A stretch of DNA of 64,000 nucleotides from Paludibacteraceae bacterium (lineage in GTDB: Bacteria > Bacteroidota > Bacteroidia > Bacteroidales > Paludibacteraceae): NCBI GenBank assembly GCA_051878315.1, contig JBJEJW010000031.1:933-64932 (forward strand), written 5' to 3'. The notes under the pieces were generated by a model. That model was not told the DNA's origin, did no database searches, and saw only the letters and a list, made by a program, of their open reading frames with translations. Below are positions 19,255-25,539 of the stretch, one piece after another. Positions within the stretch are counted from its first letter, which is position 1. Each line of letters begins with the position of its first letter. The position numbers were made by a program, and so were the translations under genes.

Positions 19255-22200
19255 ATGAGAAAAAAGTTATTGCTTGCTCTTGCAGTTGTTGCATCGTTAT
19301 CGGTTGGTGCACAGAACGTTGTGAGAGGAGTTGTCAAAATTGCAGGAACCAACGAGCCTGCGTCCGGAGCAGTGGTAACGCTGCAGGGACAACAAGTGTC
19401 CACAGTAACCGATTCGCAAGGAAAATTTGTGATTGATGCCGTTCAGAACGGCGACGAGGTGATTACAATCGTACTCGACAATTACGATGTCGAAACACGT
19501 CCCATCTCGATTTCGGGTTTGGAACCGCTCGATTTGGGCGTTATGTCGTTGTCGTCGGCACGAGACGCCTTGTCGCAAGAATTCACCGAAGAAGCGTTTT
19601 TGGCTATGGCCGACGTCGAATTTGACGACGAAGACGGCCTCTCGTCGCAAACCATTTCGGGATTGCTCTATTCGCGCGGCGATGTATTTACCGGCACGGC
19701 AAGTTACGGTTTCAGTGCAGCGCGCTATCGCGTACGCGGATATGATTCGCGCTACGAGAGCACCTATATAAATGGTATAAACTTCAACGACGGCGAACGC
19801 GGACGTTTCAACTATTCGTCAATTGGCGGCTTGAACTATGCCACGCGCAACAAAGAAATTGTCAATAATTTCGCACCGAACTCCTATTCGTACGGCAATT
19901 TGGGCAATACGGCCAATATTGATATTCGCGCTTCGAAATATGCTCATGGCGGACAAGTAAGTTTGTCGGGTACGAACCGCTCTTATTGGTTGCGTTTGCA
20001 AGCGACATACGCTACAGGCTTGATGTCGAACGGCTGGGCAGTAGCCGTATCGGGCTCGTACCGCTATTCCGACATCAGCACCGAGTGGAACTCTACCGAA
20101 GGTACGTTCTATAACTCCGGAGCTTTGTTTGTCAGTGCACAAAAAGTGATTAACGACCACCATAGCGTGAACATCGCAGCCTATTGCGCACCGACCGAAC
20201 GCGCCGGATCGTCGGCTCTGACACAAGAAACCGTCGATTTGACATCGAACTACTACAACCCGTATTGGGGCTGGTATAACGGTAAAAAACGTAATTCGCG
20301 CATTGTGCACAGCCTTGACCCGACTCTGATTTTGAACTACGATTGGGATATTCGTGAGGGAGAAACGTTCCGTTTGGGTGTTGCTGCACATTACAGCATG
20401 TACAGCAATTCGGCACTGACGTTCTACAATGCGCCGGATCCGCGTCCCGACTACTATCGCAATTTGCCAAGTTATCAATTGGGTGGTTGGGAATTGAACG
20501 CTGCTGATGGCAATTTCTATCCAAGTAAGTCCGAAACTAATGTAGAAATGTATGAAGACTTGCGCACAGCATGGCAAGAAGGTTATGCAGCCGGAGGCAA
20601 TGCTACCACGCAACTCGATTGGACGGGTATGTATGCAGCCAATGCCTCGAACAACCTTATCAATCCGACAGGCATGGCTAAATATATGCTCGAACGCCGC
20701 CATAACAATCTTTTCGAAACGACGTTGAACGCTACTTACGAAAACAAGACGTTCGACAACCTGAATGTGGTGGCCGGTTTGGAAGCCAAATATACCAAAG
20801 GTCGCCATTATAAAACGGTGGACGACCTAATGGGTGCCAATCAATGGTACGACATCGATCCATTCTCCGACCGCGATATAAACGATTTGGCTGAAGATGT
20901 GGAGATGAGTGCTGCCGACGTAGCTCGTGTGCGTTTGAACGACATGGATAACCTCGACGAAAACGGCAACGCCAAAATGGTGAAAGAGGGCGATAAGTTC
21001 GGTTACGACTATGATATTGATGTAGCGCGTGTATCGGCTTTTGCACACAACGCTTGGGATTTCAACCAAATCGAATTCTACTATGGTTTGAAATTTACCT
21101 ATACCGATTTCTTCCGCACCGGTCGCATGGCTAATGGTCGTGCTTGGTACTTGAGCCAACAACTCGGTCAGAAGGTGATTTCGAAAGGGCAGGGTAAAAT
21201 GCATAACTTCTACGATCCGTCGGTGAAAGCCGGTTTGGTGTACAAGTTTAACGGACATCACCGCATATTTGCCAACGTATTGGCTGAAACACGTGCACCG
21301 CTGACAAATGCGTTCTATACGTCGCAGCGCACTACCGACCGCTCGATTGACGACTACCGCATCAATGGTACACCGATTTATGCTGCTGCTAAAATATTTG
21401 GCACAACGAACCCGAATTTGGCAAGTTTTGCATTGAGCGAGAAAATTTTGTCGTACGATGTAAACTACATTGTAACCTATCCGCGCGTGCGTGGTCGTTT
21501 GAGCTTGTACCGCACACATTCGATTGATGGAATCGAGAGTAACGGTTACTACAACGACGAATATCGCACGTTTGTCAATCATCAGATGTATGGTGTGAAC
21601 AAAATTTACCAAGGTGGTGAGTTGGGCGTGTCTGTCAAATTGGACGGCAGTTTCACGTTGAGTGCTGTATTGGCCTACAACGAGGGACACTATACCAACA
21701 ACCCGATTGGTGTGGAGAGCGCCGAAAACGGTATGAAGATTAACGGCCAGCAGGAGGTAATCGACCGCATCATATTGACCAAAGGTTGGGCAGTAGGTTA
21801 TACCGATGGCAATCCCGACAAGTCGAAATCGTACTATAATCCGAAATCGGTGAAAGTGGCTAACGGCCCGCAATTGGCCGCGATGATTAAGTTGAATTAT
21901 TTCCACAGCAAAATGTGGTTTGCCGACTTGAGCATCAGTTACTACGACGAAAACTATTTGGGTGTAGCACCGTCGCGCTTCTCGCAGGGTATGATTACCG
22001 GTTGGCGTGTTGATGGTACGGCGATCGGTAATACCGGCGTGTGGTACGGCGCGAATTGTACGGAAGCCGAAAAAGATGCCAAAATTGCGGCATTGGCTTC
22101 GCAAGAATCGTTGTTCGAAGGGTCAAAATGGTACAATCATATTATGATTGATGCTTCGGTGGGTAAACTCATCTACCTGAAAAACAACCGTTCCATCAAC

Positions 22201-22392
22201 ATCAATTTAAGTTTGAACAACATTACGAACAACACCGGTTTCAAAACGGGTGGTTGGCAACAGGCCCGTATCCCGACAACGGTTTATCGTCAGCAAACAT
22301 ATAAAGTATCGAATTTTGTGGATAAATATCCGTCGAAATTCTACTATGCTTGGGGTTTCAACTTCTTCCTAAATGTTGGATTTAAGTTTTAA
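19255..22392 (+). CDS. TonB-dependent outer-membrane receptor with N-terminal carboxypeptidase-regulatory-like domain
   Basis: 1045 aa with a signal peptide. The region VVRGVVKIAGTNEPASGAVVTLQG is CarboxypepD_reg-like. A plug region follows, then a long beta-barrel ending in ...NVGFKF with a terminal aromatic residue. Confidence 0.88.
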   Translation: MRKKLLLALAVVASLSVGAQNVVRGVVKIAGTNEPASGAVVTLQGQQVSTVTDSQGKFVIDAVQNGDEVITIVLDNYDVETRPISISGLEPLDLGVMSLSSARDALSQEFTEEAFLAMADVEFDDEDGLSSQTISGLLYSRGDVFTGTASYGFSAARYRVRGYDSRYESTYINGINFNDGERGRFNYSSIGGLNYATRNKEIVNNFAPNSYSYGNLGNTANIDIRASKYAHGGQVSLSGTNRSYWLRLQATYATGLMSNGWAVAVSGSYRYSDISTEWNSTEGTFYNSGALFVSAQKVINDHHSVNIAAYCAPTERAGSSALTQETVDLTSNYYNPYWGWYNGKKRNSRIVHSLDPTLILNYDWDIREGETFRLGVAAHYSMYSNSALTFYNAPDPRPDYYRNLPSYQLGGWELNAADGNFYPSKSETNVEMYEDLRTAWQEGYAAGGNATTQLDWTGMYAANASNNLINPTGMAKYMLERRHNNLFETTLNATYENKTFDNLNVVAGLEAKYTKGRHYKTVDDLMGANQWYDIDPFSDRDINDLAEDVEMSAADVARVRLNDMDNLDENGNAKMVKEGDKFGYDYDIDVARVSAFAHNAWDFNQIEFYYGLKFTYTDFFRTGRMANGRAWYLSQQLGQKVISKGQGKMHNFYDPSVKAGLVYKFNGHHRIFANVLAETRAPLTNAFYTSQRTTDRSIDDYRINGTPIYAAAKIFGTTNPNLASFALSEKILSYDVNYIVTYPRVRGRLSLYRTHSIDGIESNGYYNDEYRTFVNHQMYGVNKIYQGGELGVSVKLDGSFTLSAVLAYNEGHYTNNPIGVESAENGMKINGQQEVIDRIILTKGWAVGYTDGNPDKSKSYYNPKSVKVANGPQLAAMIKLNYFHSKMWFADLSISYYDENYLGVAPSRFSQGMITGWRVDGTAIGNTGVWYGANCTEAEKDAKIAALASQESLFEGSKWYNHIMIDASVGKLIYLKNNRSININLSLNNITNNTGFKTGGWQQARIPTTVYRQQTYKVSNFVDKYPSKFYYAWGFNFFLNVGFKF

Positions 22393-22426
22393 GTAGTAAA
22401 AGCGTAACCATTAATTTCAGAAAATC

Positions 22427-23548
22427 ATGAAAACATTGAAATATATTTTAAGCAGTGCTGTGGTGGCTGTGGCTTTGACCGCTTGCCATACTTACGGCGA
22501 ACCACAGGACAAAGGATATGTGGAAGAGGGCTCGGAAGCCGAGTGGAAGGCCACGATGACCATTGGCGAATTTTTGAGTGATCCGCAATTATTCTCTGAA
22601 TTTGGCGATGTCGACAAATATCCGCCGCGTGCGCGCTCGTATCAAGGTGCCAATAAATCGAATGAGAATCTCGGTTTGTTCAGCGTGCAGGACATTACGG
22701 CCGACGTTACGATCGTAGGTCGCATCGTTTCGACCGATGTGCCGGGTAATGTGTATAAAAACCTCTATATTCAGGATTGTGCCAATCCCGACTATGGCAT
22801 TAAACTTGCAGTAGATGCCGGCAGTCTTGGCGGTATGTACCCGATAGGGCAGAAAATAGCCATCAAATTGCAAGGTTTGGCCATAGGCAAGTATGCGCGT
22901 ATGCCGCAAATCGGTATTCCGTATTACAATAATGCCAAAGAGGGTATGGATACGCAAGAAAAAGCCGGTTGGGAGATAGGCCGCATACCACCGCAAGTGT
23001 TCAAAGAGCATGTGCAGTTGATTGGCCAGCCCGACGTGAGCAAAATAGTAGCAAAAACTATGACTGTGGCCAACATCAAAGCCACTGCCGACAATTATAA
23101 GGACATAGCTCTGTTGTCGAACCGTTTGGTGAAAATAGAGAATGTACGTTTTGTACCTTATACTTGGGATACTTACGGTGCATTAAGCAGTTTGTCCGGT
23201 ACTTATAATTGTGCAACCGATGGTAATGCCAATACGTTTGCACCGACCACCGGCGGTATCGGTTATCCACAGTCGCGTCTGTTTACGACGGATATTGATA
23301 CCGTAATAGCCGCTAATTCGTTGGCGATAGGCACCAGCGAATTTGCTAAATTTGCTTGTGCACCGCTTCCCGGCGATGAATATGTAGGGACGGTTACAGG
23401 GTTTGTATCGTATTACTATGATAATGGTAAATACTCTGCGGTGAACGATAAAGTGTGGTCGCTGACGATTAACGGTCTTGAATCGTTGGAATTGAAAAAC
23501 GGTGATGAAACGTGGCGTGCCGACGATGTTTATTATCCTGCGTATTAA
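22427..23548 (+). CDS. Lipoprotein, DUF5689-like (OB-fold-like module); family name from memory
   Basis: 373 aa with lipobox ALTAC. The motif VTIVGRIVSTDVPGNVYKNLYIQD...GIKLAVD...YPIGQKIAIKLQGLAIGKY matches my recollection of DUF5689. It lies 35 nt after the receptor gene. Confidence 0.5.
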   Translation: MKTLKYILSSAVVAVALTACHTYGEPQDKGYVEEGSEAEWKATMTIGEFLSDPQLFSEFGDVDKYPPRARSYQGANKSNENLGLFSVQDITADVTIVGRIVSTDVPGNVYKNLYIQDCANPDYGIKLAVDAGSLGGMYPIGQKIAIKLQGLAIGKYARMPQIGIPYYNNAKEGMDTQEKAGWEIGRIPPQVFKEHVQLIGQPDVSKIVAKTMTVANIKATADNYKDIALLSNRLVKIENVRFVPYTWDTYGALSSLSGTYNCATDGNANTFAPTTGGIGYPQSRLFTTDIDTVIAANSLAIGTSEFAKFACAPLPGDEYVGTVTGFVSYYYDNGKYSAVNDKVWSLTINGLESLELKNGDETWRADDVYYPAY

Positions 23549-23600
23549 TCTTTTTGAATTTGTAACTTTTTAATTATTAACTTTTTAAATTTTTATTATC

Positions 23601-24464
23601 ATGAAAACTTCAAAATTTTTCTTTGCAGCCATGATGGCTGCAGCAGTGGCAGTAAGTTTTACTGCATGTGACCCGAAAGACAATGGTGGCGACATCTTTG
23701 GCGGTGGCGACAACAATGGCGGCGACAATGGTATTGGCGGTGGCGATACAACTACAGAATATTTGACGGTTGAACAAGCTATTGCACAACAAGGTTCCGG
23801 CGTAAAAACCGTGAAAGGGTATATTGTTGGTTACTATAATGTAAAACCAAACCCAGGCGAATGTGTATTTTCGGCAGATGCACCGGCTGATACAACAGTG
23901 AATAAAGCTAATGTTTTGATTGCTGATGCAGCCGATTGCATGGATGCTTCGAAAGTACTGTGTGTACAATTGACAGCTGGCGCTGTACGTTCGTTGGTTA
24001 ATTTGGGTGAAAATCCGGGTAATCTTGGTAAAGAAGTGAAAATTACGGGTTCATTGGAAACGTATAATACATTACCTGGTATGAAAACAACTTCGTATGC
24101 AGAAATTGAAGGCAAAACATCGGATGATTACGCTGTTCAATTTTATTGCTATCGTGTTGGCCTTGGAGATTTAGATGCAAGTGTGGTTGGTGCATTGAAA
24201 GTTGGAGATAAAGTTGTGTTAACAGCTAAGATTGTTAATTATAAAGGAACAACTCCTGAAACAGTGACAAAAACGGGTTCATTTGTTTCTATCAACGGTG
24301 AAGTGCCTGCTGAAGCTAAAACAGCGGCCGAAGCTATTGAAATAGCCAAAGGCTTGGGAGCTGATGTTGAAAGTGAAGAAGTTTATACGATTGCAGGTGA
24401 AGTTACGCAAATAACGGAAAATGCAGCTTCAACATATAGCAATATGACATTCTATATTAAATAA
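23601..24464 (+). CDS. Lipoprotein with Gly/Asp/Asn linker and two OB-fold-like modules (DUF6359-like; from memory)
   Basis: 287 aa with lipobox FTAC, then DPKDNGGD, an acidic surface-export-like tail. The motif YLTVEQAIAQQGSGVKTVKGYIVGYY resembles the DUF6359 N-terminus seen in secreted nucleases. The second module ends EVYTIAGEVTQI...YSNMTFYIK. Confidence 0.45.
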   Translation: MKTSKFFFAAMMAAAVAVSFTACDPKDNGGDIFGGGDNNGGDNGIGGGDTTTEYLTVEQAIAQQGSGVKTVKGYIVGYYNVKPNPGECVFSADAPADTTVNKANVLIADAADCMDASKVLCVQLTAGAVRSLVNLGENPGNLGKEVKITGSLETYNTLPGMKTTSYAEIEGKTSDDYAVQFYCYRVGLGDLDASVVGALKVGDKVVLTAKIVNYKGTTPETVTKTGSFVSINGEVPAEAKTAAEAIEIAKGLGADVESEEVYTIAGEVTQITENAASTYSNMTFYIK

Positions 24465-24486
24465 AAGTATATTGAATGTGTTTTCT

Positions 24487-24517
24487 ATCCCGCACTAATT
24501 TAGTGCGGGATTTTTTT
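24487..24517 (+). terminator. Intrinsic terminator of the lipoprotein operon
   Basis: The sequence is atcccgcac-taattta-gtgcgggat followed by T7. Confidence 0.8.
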
Positions 24518-24518
24518 G

Positions 24519-24549
24519 TTTTTACCCCCTCTGTCCCCCTAAAGGGGGA
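24519..24549 (+). repeat. Hairpin repeat unit 1 (TTTTTACCCCC-TCTG-TCCCCC-TAAA-GGGGGA)
   Basis: Read directly from the sequence; see findings. Confidence 0.8.
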
Positions 24550-24565
24550 GGCGGGTGGTAAGTTG

Positions 24566-24606
24566 TTTTTTACCTCCCAAACCCTCCTAAAGGAGGGCTT
24601 TTTTTT
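24566..24606 (+). repeat. Hairpin repeat unit 2 (TTTTTTACCTCC-CAAA-CCCTCC-TAAA-GGAGGG-C-T8)
   Basis: Read directly from the sequence. The stem carries a T/A pair where units 1 and 3 carry C/G. Confidence 0.8.
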
Positions 24607-24636
24607 ACCCCCAGCCCCCTAAAGGGGGCTTTTTTT
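24599..24636 (+). repeat. Hairpin repeat unit 3 (T8-ACCCCC-AGCCCCC-TAAA-GGGGGCT-T6)
   Basis: Read directly from the sequence. It shares its 5' T-run with the 3' T-run of unit 2. Confidence 0.8.
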
Positions 24637-24655
24637 GTGTTGGTGCTTTTGCGTG

Positions 24656-24684
24656 AAGTCCCCTTTAGGGGATTTAGGGGTAAA
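24656..24684 (-). repeat. Hairpin repeat unit 4, inverted orientation (reverse complement: TTTACCCC-TAAAT-CCCC-TAAA-GGGG-ACTTC)
   Basis: Read directly from the sequence. Confidence 0.7.
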
Positions 24685-24711
24685 CAAGATGGATAATAGC
24701 AAAATATATTG

Positions 24712-24719
24712 TATCTTTG
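24712..24719 (+). promoter_or_regulatory. -7 promoter box TATCTTTG
   Basis: Lies 22 nt upstream of the ATG at 24742. This argues for 24742 rather than the ORF-track start at 24709. Confidence 0.45.
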
Positions 24720-24741
24720 CATCAAAAAAAAAGGAGAAGTG

Positions 24742-25119
24742 ATGCAGTTTTACGAGGATAAGGATATGTTTTATGGTGCGCATTCCGCATTATTTGAAAA
24801 GGCTTCTATGTTGAGATCTACGATGACTCATGCAGAAACTCTTTTGTGGAATAAACTAAAAAACAGGCAGTTAGGTGTGAAATTTCGTCGTCAGCATCCG
24901 CTTGATATATTTATTGCTGATTTTTATTGTCATGCTTGCAAGTTAGTTATCGAAATTGATGGTGATATTCATAATTTTCAGCACGAATACGATATTGGGC
25001 GAACAGCAGAATTGCAACGATATGGTATTCGGGTAATTCGGTTTACGAATGAGGATGTGGAATCGCACATCGAACAAGTTGTAGAGCGAATCAAACAAGT
25101 GTTGTCTGAAAGTGTGTAA
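24742..25119 (+). CDS. DUF559 endonuclease-domain protein (Vsr/restriction-endonuclease-like fold)
   Basis: 125 aa. The region MTHAETLLWNKLKNRQLGVKFRRQHPLDIFIADFYCHACKLVIEIDGDIH...GRTAELQRYGIRVIRFTNEDV is the DUF559 pattern. G+C is about 37% in a sampled stretch, lower than the neighbouring genes. Confidence 0.8.
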   Translation: MQFYEDKDMFYGAHSALFEKASMLRSTMTHAETLLWNKLKNRQLGVKFRRQHPLDIFIADFYCHACKLVIEIDGDIHNFQHEYDIGRTAELQRYGIRVIRFTNEDVESHIEQVVERIKQVLSESV

Positions 25120-25141
25120 TTTTTGGTGCTGGATTTTTTTG

Positions 25142-25178
25142 TTTTACCCCCTCTGTCCTCCTAAAGGAGGGCTTTTTT
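25142..25178 (+). repeat. Hairpin repeat unit 5 (TTTTACCCCC-TCTG-TCCTCC-TAAA-GGAGGGC-T6)
   Basis: Read directly from the sequence. It is nearly identical to unit 1 except for a paired C->T / G->A change in the stem. Confidence 0.8.
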
Positions 25179-25421
25179 GTGTGTCGGTGTGGGCACGTTC
25201 TTTGGAAAGTAGAGAGTTACGCGCAAAAATAACACACACGGGTGAAAAGTATGTGTGTTCGGAATAGAACACACAGGTGTAGTCGAATATGTTGTGTAAA
25301 TTGAATGTCGTTGTTGTGTGCCGGTTTTTTGTTTTGGAAAACTTTTTGCGCTTGTTGAAAAAATATCTATTTGATAATGAGCGATATATATTTTTTTGTG
25401 GAAAACTTTTTTGTAAAAATG

Positions 25422-25429
25422 TATATTTG
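25422..25429 (+). promoter_or_regulatory. -7 promoter box TATATTTG
   Basis: Lies 110 nt upstream of the RNR GTG start. Confidence 0.35.
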
Positions 25430-25539
25430 TGTTGCAAGTTTTGGAAAATCGTTGTAATATTGCAAATGCATTCAGTGTGTGCAAAACACCCGAAAAATCG
25501 CGAATTTTGTTATTAAAAACATAGAAAAACTTCATTATC

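Noticed and set aside
19819-22104. Two long antisense ORFs (329 and 425 aa) inside the TonB-dependent receptor gene.
   Set aside because: They are shadow frames. The plus-strand product has a clear signal peptide, N-terminal domain, plug, and a beta-barrel ending in a terminal Phe. The antisense products have no recognisable features.
24519-24690. Possible CRISPR array, given the closely spaced repeated hairpins.
   Set aside because: The units are about 30 nt with variable internal spacing. They share their T-runs rather than being separated by unique spacers of constant length. One unit is inverted. No cas genes are in the window.
25176-25539. Cobalamin riboswitch or NrdR boxes in the long leader of the B12-dependent RNR.
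   Set aside because: A gggtgaaaag stretch caught my eye, but there is no B12 box (GCCACTG-like) and no surrounding conserved helices. The palindromes present do not match the NrdR box as I remember it. They are reported only as an unexplained inverted repeat.
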